From Leptolyngbya sp. Cla-17 (GTDB lineage: Bacteria > Cyanobacteriota > Cyanobacteriia > Leptolyngbyales > Leptolyngbyaceae): a stretch of 32,000 nucleotides of DNA. Shown piece by piece: positions 1-9,447 of the stretch. Position numbers and translations under genes: made by a program. Each line of letters opens with the position of its first letter. Positions within the stretch are counted from its first letter, which is position 1. The DNA is taken from NCBI RefSeq assembly GCF_016807185.1, contig NZ_JAEVYN010000002.1, positions 1,630,980 through 1,662,979 on the forward strand, in the 5' to 3' direction. The notes beneath the pieces are model-generated. The model was not told the origin of the DNA, searched no databases, and worked only from the letters and a program-made list of their open reading frames with translations.

Positions 1-1304
1 AAGGTTATCCTGAAGCTGCCGTATATAAGCGCATTGGGCGAGAAGATATCCCCTACTATTCCTGGTTGCTCAAGTTTTTCAAAATCTATCGCATCAATTT
101 AGATACCACAGAGTATATTCGTTATCCCAACAACAATCTTGATCGCCAGATCAAAAAATTTCAAACGCCTCCAGAACTCTGTCAGCCGGAACCTATAAAG
201 CCCGAAGATCGGGAGCTACATTTGTTAGCAAATAAGCTGGAAGAGGAGCGACTAAAGTATCTGTTTGAAAAAGTTGGCAAGTTTCAGGGCGATCGCGTGC
301 CGATGCATTGGATGAACTGGCAAGCGATTGCCCAAGAGCTTTTAATGCAGCAAAAATACTCGCAAGTTCTTTTCTTGTGTGAGAAAGGTGTAGAAGAAAA
401 TCCTGCTACTGCGCCTCAAGTTAGCCAGTTTCTAGCAGTGTCTTACAACAATTTAGGCTCTGCTCAACAACAGCAAGGTAATCTTGACGAAGCCGCCCTA
501 TTTTTTAAGAAAGCCATTCAAGTAAACCCCAATCTCGCTCAATCAGATTTAGCCCGAATTCACTACAATGTTGCAACTGTACTAAAAGCTCAAAATAAAC
601 TAGATGAAGCGTTTACTTACTTACAAAAATCAGTTGATTTGGATGCAAATTTAACCCAAGCAGTTTCTGAGCTTACCTACGTAAAATACACCTTGCATAA
701 TCGGCAGAAAGGCTACCAGTTTTCTCAAGATTGGTTTAGTCATAACTTGTTAGTTTGGGAACAGTTTCTACAGGTGTTGAAAGGATCTTTAGATCTGCGA
801 ATTTTAGAAATTGGCAGTTGGGAAGGACGCTCAACCTGTTGGATGCTAGAAAACATCGCCACTGATCCTACCGCTCGAATCACCTGTATTGATACGTTTG
901 AGGGTAGCGCTGAACATGAAGCAATAGTGGATAAAACGGTCTTGGAAACGATTGAACAGCGATTTGATGGAAATCTTGAGAAAACAGGTGATCCTGAAAA
1001 AGTTAGGAAGGTGGTAGGTAAGTCTCAAATAGTGCTGCGATCGCTCATTCCAAACACTTATCATCTGGCTTATATTGATGGTTCTCATATCGCCAGCGAC
1101 GTTTTAGAAGATGCCTTGCTAACCTGGCGATTAGTGAAAATTGGTGGATTCATCATCTTTGATGATTATGGGTTTGTGTTTGCCCCAGAGATCACAGAAG
1201 ATCCGCCAAAAGTTGCGATCGATGCATTTCTCAAAATTTTCAACAAGAAAATCAAATTGCTTCATCAAAGCCATCAAGTCATCCTTGAAAAGATTGCCGA
1301 ATAA
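1..1304 (+). CDS. TPR-repeat protein fused to a class I SAM-dependent methyltransferase domain; probably 5'-truncated by the window edge
   Basis: The ORF track gives 66..1304 with a TTG start. The same frame is open with no stop back to nt 3 (GYPEAAVYKRIGREDIPYYSW...), and the first in-frame ATG is about 80 codons in, so the gene likely starts upstream of the window. The middle has TPR-like repeats (AVSYNNLGSAQQQQGNLDEAALFFKKAIQVNPN; HYNVATVLKAQNKLDEAFTYLQKSVDLD). The C-terminal part has MTase motif I-like ILEIGSWEGRST and AYIDGSH...GGFIIFDDY. Confidence 0.7.
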   Translation, partial: GYPEAAVYKRIGREDIPYYSWLLKFFKIYRINLDTTEYIRYPNNNLDRQIKKFQTPPELCQPEPIKPEDRELHLLANKLEEERLKYLFEKVGKFQGDRVPMHWMNWQAIAQELLMQQKYSQVLFLCEKGVEENPATAPQVSQFLAVSYNNLGSAQQQQGNLDEAALFFKKAIQVNPNLAQSDLARIHYNVATVLKAQNKLDEAFTYLQKSVDLDANLTQAVSELTYVKYTLHNRQKGYQFSQDWFSHNLLVWEQFLQVLKGSLDLRILEIGSWEGRSTCWMLENIATDPTARITCIDTFEGSAEHEAIVDKTVLETIEQRFDGNLEKTGDPEKVRKVVGKSQIVLRSLIPNTYHLAYIDGSHIASDVLEDALLTWRLVKIGGFIIFDDYGFVFAPEITEDPPKVAIDAFLKIFNKKIKLLHQSHQVILEKIAE

Positions 1305-1330
1305 ATGTAGTAGAGTTCAAACTCCTGTTC

Positions 1331-1726
1331 CTACGCTTCCACCAGCGACACCTGTAGCCAATCTTGAATATACTGCTGCACTTCCTGAGCAAATTCTGGG
1401 CGCTGGCTAAATTTTTCAGTGCGAACAGGTTTGCGTTCTCCATCCAACGTCCAACCATAATCGCTGCTCAGTCGCAGGTTTCCTTGCCAGTCAGCAATAG
1501 TCACAACTAAGCCAGAATTTGGGCTATTGTCGATGCCCTGAACCTTAAACACGTAGTTATAAGTGTTTTGGGTTGCAGCAGCAACGGTAGACGATTGCCC
1601 ATATTCCTGCTTTAATCGAATGCCAACTTTTTCGGCTAAGCCTGGAGTAGTCAGTTCTTCTAAGGTTTTGACTGCTAACGTAAGGGCAAAATAAAATTGC
1701 TCAACCGGAACAAACTCAAACTGCAT
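1331..1726 (-). CDS. hypothetical protein (131 aa), no recognised domain
   Basis: ATG-initiated ORF with protein-like, non-repetitive composition. It is convergent with the methyltransferase gene (26-nt gap). The only competing ORFs are short antisense ones. Confidence 0.5.
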   Translation of the reverse strand: MQFEFVPVEQFYFALTLAVKTLEELTTPGLAEKVGIRLKQEYGQSSTVAAATQNTYNYVFKVQGIDNSPNSGLVVTIADWQGNLRLSSDYGWTLDGERKPVRTEKFSQRPEFAQEVQQYIQDWLQVSLVEA

Positions 1727-1893
1727 AGGTTTAGGCGGGGTTTTTCCAAGCGTACAGACTTAGTATCGGGTGAATTGTCACCTCCGCGATCGCCCACTTC
1801 TAAATGATTGTTTTCTCTTGCTTGTGCAGGCTGGCTTGAGCCACAATGCAACAAACAAACGACTAAATGTGAAAACACCCTTCAAAGAGTTTT

Positions 1894-2484
1894 ATGATCA
1901 ATCAGCGTGGGTGTCAGTATCTTTGGGGTGCGATCGCCCTAACCCTGAGCAGTGTTGCGGTTCAGTCTGCTGCCCATAGTCAGTCATTAGCCACCGCCCA
2001 GCCTCGAACTGGAACTTCACTCATTCGCCCAGCCACCACCTGCCCAACGGAACTAGAACCGCTGACAAAAGCACTCCTTCGTGATTTGCCAAGCTATATT
2101 AACCGTCTCAGCCATCAGCGAAGTAATCAGTTTCCTACTTATGCGATCGCAGCAACCCAGCCGAATATTGAGCCTTTGCCTGTAGTAACCAGCACCACGA
2201 CTGATGCGAACCAGGGTGGATTGCAGCAAGCATTCTTCACCGTTTTAGAACGGGAATACGACAGCAAAAAGCCCACTTCCTATCAGCATTACCACTGGCT
2301 ATTTCTAGCCCGCACTCCAACCTCAGGTTGGCAAGTCGCAATCCTGTATTCTCGTAGGGGTCTCTATCCCACAGATAATCGATACGCCGGTCCACTCCGA
2401 GAGACAACTCAGGAGTTAACCGCCCAGGCGATTCGACGCTGGCTACGTGATTGTCAAGCGGGAGCCATACCCATTACTGACTAG
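1894..2484 (+). CDS. hypothetical secreted protein (196 aa)
   Basis: ATG ORF with a signal-peptide-like N-terminus (YLWGAIALTLSSVAVQSAAHS). No recognised catalytic motif. It is divergent from 1331..1726. Confidence 0.5.
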   Translation: MINQRGCQYLWGAIALTLSSVAVQSAAHSQSLATAQPRTGTSLIRPATTCPTELEPLTKALLRDLPSYINRLSHQRSNQFPTYAIAATQPNIEPLPVVTSTTTDANQGGLQQAFFTVLEREYDSKKPTSYQHYHWLFLARTPTSGWQVAILYSRRGLYPTDNRYAGPLRETTQELTAQAIRRWLRDCQAGAIPITD

Positions 2485-2556
2485 TCGTTGATTGGGTCAC
2501 TGGACTTGCTGCAAACTGGAGCCTCTTGCACATTCCGCAGTAGGAGTCCAATCCAT

Positions 2557-3279
2557 TTAAACAGCAGAAATAGTGAGATCGAGAATGGGCTGGTTGGTGA
2601 GGCAGCGCCAATGGCAATCAAAAAGGTCAGGTTCTTGAAGATTGATGCTGGCGATCGCGGGGGCTGCGGGAAATGGTATCAGCCGATCAAACTGAAGTGT
2701 TTCTCCATGAAAGCCAAATTGCAGCAGATAAACCGCAGGAGGCACGGCCAGCGATCGCAGCAATCGCTGGGCTAAACCATATAGCGCCTGCCGCTGCACG
2801 TCAACCAAATGAATCGGTTGAAAATAATGGGATGCGTTGAGGTCAGATCCCACTGGAACTGCGCCTTTCACGCCAATTACTTCACCATACAAAGGTCCTT
2901 TGCCGGTTAGCACAATGGGCAACCATCCATTGCCCTCTCCAACTTTGTACTGCCATTGCAAAACCCGCTGTCTCAGACCCTCAATATCTTGACAGGCTTG
3001 ATAAACAGACTGTGCAGGAAACTCTAACCATTCTGGTACTGCCAAAGTTAGCGGACAGAGAAGCGAGTCTCCTAACCCCTCATGGCTAAACTGATTGGGT
3101 GTCAACGTTGTTGCAACTCGAACTTCCACTTGCCAAGATGACTGATCTAAAGCAGTAGTGTTGGAAGTTGCTTGGTTATCCCTGATGGCTATTTGCAGCG
3201 CATCAATCATTTGTGTTGCCGCAGAAAAGCCTGAAGGCTGAGCTTGATCTGAATCGACTAAAATCAGGACGTTAGGCAT
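2557..3279 (-). CDS. hypothetical protein; the C-terminal half weakly resembles an ATP-grasp C-lobe (unverified)
   Basis: The ORF track gives 2557..3285 (TTG). The first ATG (3279-3277) overlaps the TAA (3274-3272) of the upstream gene as ATGCCTAA. Segment YFQPIHLVDV...AVYLLQFGFHGETLQFDRLIPFPAAPAIASI is reminiscent of D-Ala-D-Ala-ligase-type ATP-grasp C-termini. Confidence 0.55.
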   Translation of the reverse strand: MPNVLILVDSDQAQPSGFSAATQMIDALQIAIRDNQATSNTTALDQSSWQVEVRVATTLTPNQFSHEGLGDSLLCPLTLAVPEWLEFPAQSVYQACQDIEGLRQRVLQWQYKVGEGNGWLPIVLTGKGPLYGEVIGVKGAVPVGSDLNASHYFQPIHLVDVQRQALYGLAQRLLRSLAVPPAVYLLQFGFHGETLQFDRLIPFPAAPAIASINLQEPDLFDCHWRCLTNQPILDLTISAV

Positions 3280-3817
3280 TCCCAAAGCTCGGCATTACAA
3301 TTCCTGGACGAGGAAAGCTGGGTAGATCCAAGTGAGTTTGGCGGCGGTTTCGCACGGCTAAGCGATAGCTAACGCTTTGCAGTTCGGCGTGTAGTTGACG
3401 GTTTTCTCGCTGAATTTGAACCACTTTTTCTTTCACTGGAGCAAGCCGCTCTGCAAACTTTTGCCGATAGATTTTGGGTAGTTCTTCTACAACCTGTTCC
3501 AACATGCGTGAGCGATCGCTCAACTCTTGTACAGACTGGCGAAGCTGGTAGATCTCACCATCGCGATCGCTAATTTGCCCTTGATAAAACGAAACTTGCT
3601 CCTCCACACCCTTTAACTGCTCTCGTAAAGCACGCACCTCCACCAAATGCCGCTCAGATACTTCTGAACTTGGCATGAAGGCTGCATTTCCCTTTACCAG
3701 CCGAAACAGTTCTTGGGAGAGCTGCTGCACTAAGCTGTCTCGCATTTGTAACTCTTCCCGTAGGCGAGCCACTTCTGCTTGAGGATCAATCACATTTATT
3801 CCAATAGATTCAGTCAC
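3272..3817 (-). CDS. coiled-coil protein (181 aa), function unknown
   Basis: Heptad-rich, E/Q/R/L-rich sequence throughout (EVARLREELQMRDSLVQQLSQELFRL; IYQLRQSVQELSDRSRMLEQVVEEL; VVQIQRENRQLHAELQSVS). Its stop overlaps the start of the downstream ORF. Confidence 0.6.
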   Translation of the reverse strand: MTESIGINVIDPQAEVARLREELQMRDSLVQQLSQELFRLVKGNAAFMPSSEVSERHLVEVRALREQLKGVEEQVSFYQGQISDRDGEIYQLRQSVQELSDRSRMLEQVVEELPKIYRQKFAERLAPVKEKVVQIQRENRQLHAELQSVSYRLAVRNRRQTHLDLPSFPRPGIVMPSFGNA

Positions 3818-4044
3818 AGCTTTATTACTCCGTTGTTAATGCTTGAAAATAATTCGTCTAGTTTCTCAGAAGAAAAGCCAAGAAACAATCGACGGTGTAT
3901 CACCTTTAGTTGCAGCTAATGTATCACTTGCAATCGCAATTGATACTTGATTTATAGTTCTTTTCAATCAACTTTTGAAGAAGTTCAACAGTTAAAGCGT
4001 TGGAAAAGCCCAAATTAGCATAAAGCTAGCCCTGTGAAGCAATT

Positions 4045-4083
4045 AAAAAGCCCTACGGCTTGAATATTTTCAAACGGTAGGGC
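4045..4083 (-). terminator. putative Rho-independent terminator of rpsF
   Basis: The inverted repeat gccctac (4050-4056) / gtagggc (4077-4083) lies 19 nt past the rpsF stop. On the minus strand it is followed by a run of 5 T (A-run 4045-4049). The loop is large (about 20 nt), so confidence is moderate. Confidence 0.45.
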
Positions 4084-4102
4084 AAATATTTTAGAGTGAA
4101 TG

Positions 4103-4426
4103 CTACTCTTCTACTTCTTCAACGACTTCTACTTTTGGAGCGTCTTGCCGCACCGTGAGATAACGGATCACATCATCACTCAAACGCATTGCCTTCTCTA
4201 GGGGGGCAATTTCTTTACCACTTCCGTGGTAGTTCATTTGAATATAAACGCCTTCCCGATGCCGATTAATTTCGTATGCCAACCGACGCTTGCCGCGGTG
4301 CTGGGTTTCGAGGATTTCGGCTCCATTATCTTTCAAAATTGTTTGATATTTTTCGATCGCTTGACCGACCGCTTCTTCACCTGCATCAGGGCGAAGGATA
4401 TACATTGTTTCGTACAGTTGAGGCAT
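4103..4426 (-). CDS. rpsF: 30S ribosomal protein S6
   Basis: [14 protein letters not shown]...[11 protein letters not shown]...EGVYIQMNY...RYLTVRQD is the canonical bS6 sequence pattern, with an acidic C-terminal tail. The length of 107 aa fits. Confidence 0.95.
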   Translation of the reverse strand: MPQLYETMYILRPDAGEEAVGQAIEKYQTILKDNGAEILETQHRGKRRLAYEINRHREGVYIQMNYHGSGKEIAPLEKAMRLSDDVIRYLTVRQDAPKVEVVEEVEE

Positions 4427-4432
4427 GAAAAT

Positions 4433-4438
4433 CTCCTT
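4433..4438 (-). promoter_or_regulatory. Shine-Dalgarno sequence of rpsF
   Basis: Forward ctcctt is AAGGAG on the minus strand, 6 nt upstream of the ATG at 4426. Confidence 0.7.
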
Positions 4439-4624
4439 GTGGACTAGACGGCTTCTGTAGTAAGTAGGGCTAAAAAAGTATCACACTGCTTCAAAAATGG
4501 TCTGACGACCCACAGACGACAAGTTTTTAACTTTTGTTAAAGGCAGCTTACAAAAGCAAGGACTTACAATCATATACCAATTTTTCACATACCAGTTTTG
4601 AGTTTCCCTAAACTCATCACCTCG

Positions 4625-5797
4625 TTAAGAGACTATCGATGTTTGCCGCAGGGCTTGGATCGTTGTGATCGCGAATTCTGCCACTTGATCAATCTCAGCT
4701 TCCGTATTGAATCGGCCGATTCCAAATCGCAGAGAGGCATAAGCAAGCGCATCCGATCGTCCGATTGCCTGAAGGACGTGGGAAGGAGCCGATTTTGCGG
4801 CAGTGCAGGCAGAGCCAGAAGACAGGGCAACATGAGGCTGCAATCCCAGCAGTAGTGCTTGCCCATCCACACCATCCACGCTGATGTTAAGGTTTCCGGC
4901 CAGGCGCTGAGTAGGGTGCCCGTTCTGGTAAATCTTGTCCAGCTGGCTGAGGTGATGCCACAGGCGATCGCGCAGGTAGGACGTTTGCGCCGCTTCTGCA
5001 CCCATCTCATCAATACCTAACTGCACCGCTGCGGCAAAACCAACGATTTGCGGTGTGTAAAGCGTGCCGGATCGCAGTCCGCGTTCATGTCCGCCACCGT
5101 GTAGTTGAGGCGCAATCTGCACTCGTGGGTTGCGGCGACGCACATACAGCGCACCAATGCCTTTCGGACCGTAAATTTTATGTGCAGTGAGTGACATTAA
5201 ATCTATTTTCATTGCATTCACATTTAGCGGAATTTTGCCGATCGCCTGAGCTGCATCCGTATGAAACAAAATTCCACGTTGATGGCACAATGCGCCAATT
5301 TCAGCGATCGGCTGCAACACGCCAATTTCATTGTTTGCTGCCATCACCGACACTAAAATCGTATCGGGACGCAGGGCGTTTTCCAGGTCAGCTAGGCTAA
5401 TTAATCCATTCGACTGCACGGGCAAAAAAGTGATGTCAAATCCGAGCGATCGCAGGTAGCGGCAGGGGTCTAGCACCGCGTTATGCTCAGTCACCACAGC
5501 AACGATGTGCTTGCCGCGATCAAGGTAGGCCTCTGCTACGCCTTTGATTGCCAGGTTGTTGGCTTCCGTAGCTCCGCTCGTAAAGATAATTTCTTCTGGT
5601 GTTGCCGCGATCGCCGCTGCCAATTGTTCTCTAGCTTGCTGCACGGCTGCTTCGGCTTCCCACCCATATTGATGACTCACACTTGCAGGATTTCCAAAGT
5701 ATTGAGTAAAAAAGGGCATCATTGCTGCCATAACCCGTTGATCAACGGGCGTAGTGGAATGGCAATCTAAGTAAATCGGACGTGGAGAGGTATTCAT
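4625..5797 (-). CDS. iscS: cysteine desulfurase, group I NifS/IscS type (PLP-dependent)
   Basis: IYLDCHSTTPVD at the N-terminus, PLP-lysine motif SLTAHKIYGPKGIGALY, and the catalytic-cysteine loop LSSGSACTAAKSAPSHVL typical of group I desulfurases. 390 aa. Confidence 0.88.
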   Translation of the reverse strand: MNTSPRPIYLDCHSTTPVDQRVMAAMMPFFTQYFGNPASVSHQYGWEAEAAVQQAREQLAAAIAATPEEIIFTSGATEANNLAIKGVAEAYLDRGKHIVAVVTEHNAVLDPCRYLRSLGFDITFLPVQSNGLISLADLENALRPDTILVSVMAANNEIGVLQPIAEIGALCHQRGILFHTDAAQAIGKIPLNVNAMKIDLMSLTAHKIYGPKGIGALYVRRRNPRVQIAPQLHGGGHERGLRSGTLYTPQIVGFAAAVQLGIDEMGAEAAQTSYLRDRLWHHLSQLDKIYQNGHPTQRLAGNLNISVDGVDGQALLLGLQPHVALSSGSACTAAKSAPSHVLQAIGRSDALAYASLRFGIGRFNTEAEIDQVAEFAITTIQALRQTSIVS

Positions 5798-5935
5798 CTA
5801 GTTAATAAACGCAAATGCCACCCGTTTCCTGAGTATTAACAGTAGTGTTTCCAGGGTTGTCTTCCGGCAACTTCATGACGGCTAGCCAGTATCAGGTTAT
5901 CGCGAACAATAGCTCAAGCAACCTATCAGGGATAT

Positions 5936-6637
5936 CTACTTGCATTTCAGAGAATTAAAAACAGTATTAGAGGTTTGCTTCGCGTTTAGCCCGATCGCGG
6001 TCACTGTTACTTGACGTTTACTATTCTCAAACGTCGCGATCGCGTCATATTTAGCTGCCGGGATACCTGGAAGCTGCTCGCTCAAAATAAGCTCACCCGT
6101 TTGAATCCGAACGGGCACCACAGAACCACAGAATTTCCTGTCTTCGATTGTTTCAGTGGTTGCCCGAAAATCTTCTCCAGAGCGGTAAGAGAAAGAAAAA
6201 TCAGGCGACGAAAAAAGATCGTAAGGATCAGTAGGTTTAGCAGCATAAACATCAGGAACAACCACGCTACCAACGGGAGTTTCCACATCTAGCGGCACTC
6301 TAGCAATAAATAACTCAACCCCTTTGAGTTCTGCCAATTTGGCGGGTGAGACTAAGTTGCCATCCCTAGGAAATCCAGGGCTAGTGACGATCGCCACCTT
6401 TGCCCCGCCAAAATTTGACCCAAACGCTCCTTGGGCACCCCCCGGAATTTGATAATCCATCAGGCTACGGGCAATCAAAGTCGCCCGCTGAGGATTAGCC
6501 GCATTACTAAAAAATTTGTAGACCAACCCCGCTGTCCCAATCGCCACCAGGGAAACGCCAGCTAAGGCGATCGCGATCGTTTCCCAGATGGTAACGGAAT
6601 ACTGGGATTGCACTGGTTTATCTGCCGCATCGGTCAT
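5936..6637 (-). CDS. hypothetical membrane-anchored protein (233 aa)
   Basis: One N-terminal TM helix (IWETIAIALAGVSLVAIGTAGLVYKFF) followed by a soluble domain. No recognised motif. Confidence 0.55.
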   Translation of the reverse strand: MTDAADKPVQSQYSVTIWETIAIALAGVSLVAIGTAGLVYKFFSNAANPQRATLIARSLMDYQIPGGAQGAFGSNFGGAKVAIVTSPGFPRDGNLVSPAKLAELKGVELFIARVPLDVETPVGSVVVPDVYAAKPTDPYDLFSSPDFSFSYRSGEDFRATTETIEDRKFCGSVVPVRIQTGELILSEQLPGIPAAKYDAIATFENSKRQVTVTAIGLNAKQTSNTVFNSLKCK

Positions 6638-6670
6638 GAAACTAAGCCTTGCTCTTGGATAACGAGGGAA

Positions 6671-6800
6671 AGTGCGAAGTGCGGAAAGAAACGTACGGAG
6701 TGCGGAGTTTAAAGTACGGAGTGTGAACTGTAGAGTTTAGGTTTATGACTTCTCTGTTCTGCTCTGCTCCCTATCTTATAGACTCCGTACTCCCAACCCC
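6671..6800. repeat. small dispersed (MITE-like) repeat copy with internal inverted repeats
   Basis: gtacggagt occurs at 6693-6701 and 6714-6722, and its reverse complement actccgtac at 6782-6790. gtgcggagt (6700-6708) is the reverse complement of the ACTCCGCAC core also seen at 9401, 11686 and 19567 (rc). The copy is intergenic, just downstream of ilvC. Confidence 0.6.
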
Positions 6801-6814
6801 TTACTCTATAATTC

Positions 6815-7858
<1,044 letters not shown>

Positions 7859-7936
7859 TTACCAAAGGTCTTTGCCGTCTACGCATTATTTTGGCTTTTC
7901 GATAGAGTCAGAGAAAAGAGCGTCCAGAGTAAAGCA

Positions 7937-8437
7937 ATGAAAAGCCGTGCTAGACAGTTTTTGCAAATGATCTGTGTGCTGAGTCTCCTACTGAGCTTTA
8001 GCCCTCCGGCGATCGCGTCGGTGCACACTTACCCTGAAAGTGATAACTACACGATGTTTCGATCGCTGCAAACCCTGCGAGATCAAAGCGATCGAGCTTG
8101 GCAATTCGTTTTGTTCAAGCGGGTTCATGGGGGACAGGTGGAAAGTATTCATCTGCGCGTTGTGGGTTTTCCTGGTTCCGGGGAACTGGAACATCCGGCA
8201 GATTTGCAAATTACCAGTCCGCAGCAAACTTGGATGGCTACCGATACCTTGCCGCAGATCTCGCCATTTCCTACAAATGTGGGTGAATACGATGCCCTGG
8301 ATGTCGTTACCGGGTTGACATCAGACGCACCGTTAAAGCTAGAATTGCCTGCTGTTAAAAGCAAGGTTGCGATCGCTGTGCCGCCGTTTGTGGTGAAAGA
8401 ATGGCGCAGGGTTGCCGCTATGTGGCAAAACCCTTAA
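7937..8437 (+). CDS. secreted cyanobacterial conserved protein, DUF3122-like
   Basis: The ORF track starts at 7853 (TTG). The ATG at 7937 gives a clean signal peptide (MKSRARQFLQMICVLSLLLSFSPPAIAS/VH). The mature part (HTYPES...FRSLQTLRDQSDRAWQFVLFKRV...LRVVGFPG) matches my recollection of the DUF3122 family. Confidence 0.55.
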   Translation: MKSRARQFLQMICVLSLLLSFSPPAIASVHTYPESDNYTMFRSLQTLRDQSDRAWQFVLFKRVHGGQVESIHLRVVGFPGSGELEHPADLQITSPQQTWMATDTLPQISPFPTNVGEYDALDVVTGLTSDAPLKLELPAVKSKVAIAVPPFVVKEWRRVAAMWQNP

Positions 8438-8449
8438 ATGGTAAAGCCC

Positions 8450-9340
8450 TCAAAGCGCACTCACCCACGATCGCAGCAGCTCATTCACCTGATCAGGAAC
8501 CTCATCATGGGGACAATGCCCTGCCTGCAAGTAATATTCCGTCAACTGCGGATAGTACTCACGAAACTTGGCACCGCGATCGCGCGCATTAATCCACGGA
8601 TCACCCTCACCCCACAGCATTAATAACGGACAAGTCAACTGACCGAGCAGCACATCCACCTTCTCACCTTGGGGCGTACGAAAGACCGATGCAAAAACCT
8701 TCGGCGCACCCGGATCGCAAGAAGGCTGATAGATTTCCTCCACCAGGCGGTCAGTCACGGCGCTCTGGTCGAGATACACCTTTTCTAGCGTTCTGCGAAT
8801 CAAAAACTTTTGCCGCACATATTGAAATAGCAAGTAGCTTGCCCAGTCTTGCTGAAACAAACTGCGTATGACCGCACCCATCACTTCCCGAACCGGATCA
8901 GGTTTGGGCGGGGTAGCTTTCAAGTCAGTAAACGGTCCCGCACTGTTCACTAACACCAACCCAGCCGCAGAAGTCGGACGCTGACTTGCCACACATAACG
9001 CTGCATAGCCACCCAGCGAATTACCCACCAGCACCGCAGGTTGACCCATCACCTCAGTCACAAAGTCGTGCAGTTGATCGCGCCAGAGATCGCCGCTATA
9101 TTGCCAGTCAGGTTTTGCCGATCGCCCAAACCCCAGTAAGTCGATCGCCCACACCTCAAATTCGTCGCTTAACCCAACAACATTTTTACGCCAGTGATCG
9201 GTCGAGGCACCGAAGCCGTGAATCAGTAGCAAAGGCGGGCGATCACTGTGTCGTTCTCCCGCCTTCACGTAATAAATCTGCTGACCCCGCCATTCCCAAA
9301 ACTGCCCCGGCACCGCCACTGCTGATTCCATCACCCGCAT
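8450..9340 (-). CDS. alpha/beta-fold hydrolase
   Basis: LLLIHGFGAS oxyanion-hole motif, nucleophile elbow GNSLGG, and C-terminal catalytic His context AGHCPHDE. 296 aa. Confidence 0.85.
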   Translation of the reverse strand: MRVMESAVAVPGQFWEWRGQQIYYVKAGERHSDRPPLLLIHGFGASTDHWRKNVVGLSDEFEVWAIDLLGFGRSAKPDWQYSGDLWRDQLHDFVTEVMGQPAVLVGNSLGGYAALCVASQRPTSAAGLVLVNSAGPFTDLKATPPKPDPVREVMGAVIRSLFQQDWASYLLFQYVRQKFLIRRTLEKVYLDQSAVTDRLVEEIYQPSCDPGAPKVFASVFRTPQGEKVDVLLGQLTCPLLMLWGEGDPWINARDRGAKFREYYPQLTEYYLQAGHCPHDEVPDQVNELLRSWVSAL

Positions 9341-9398
9341 ACGTTACAAACCTTAATAATTCCCTTTTATTTTACCGCAGCAGCTTTGGAAACATGGC

Positions 9399-9447
9399 GA
9401 ACTCCGCACCCCGAACTCCTGATCCCGCACTCCTAACCCCCAACTCC
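9399..9447. repeat. small dispersed repeat copy (ACTCCGCAC family)
   Basis: The sequence is gaactccgcaccccgaactcctgatcccgcactcctaacccccaactcc. actccgcacccc (9401-9412) is the exact reverse complement of 19564-19575. actcctaac (9429-9437) is the reverse complement of gttaggagt at 29803-29811. Confidence 0.6.

Noticed and set aside
4601-4616. The hairpin gagttt-ccct-aaactc downstream of the cysteine desulfurase gene as a terminator
   Set aside because: The stem is a 6-bp AT-rich one with no following U-tract on the minus strand.
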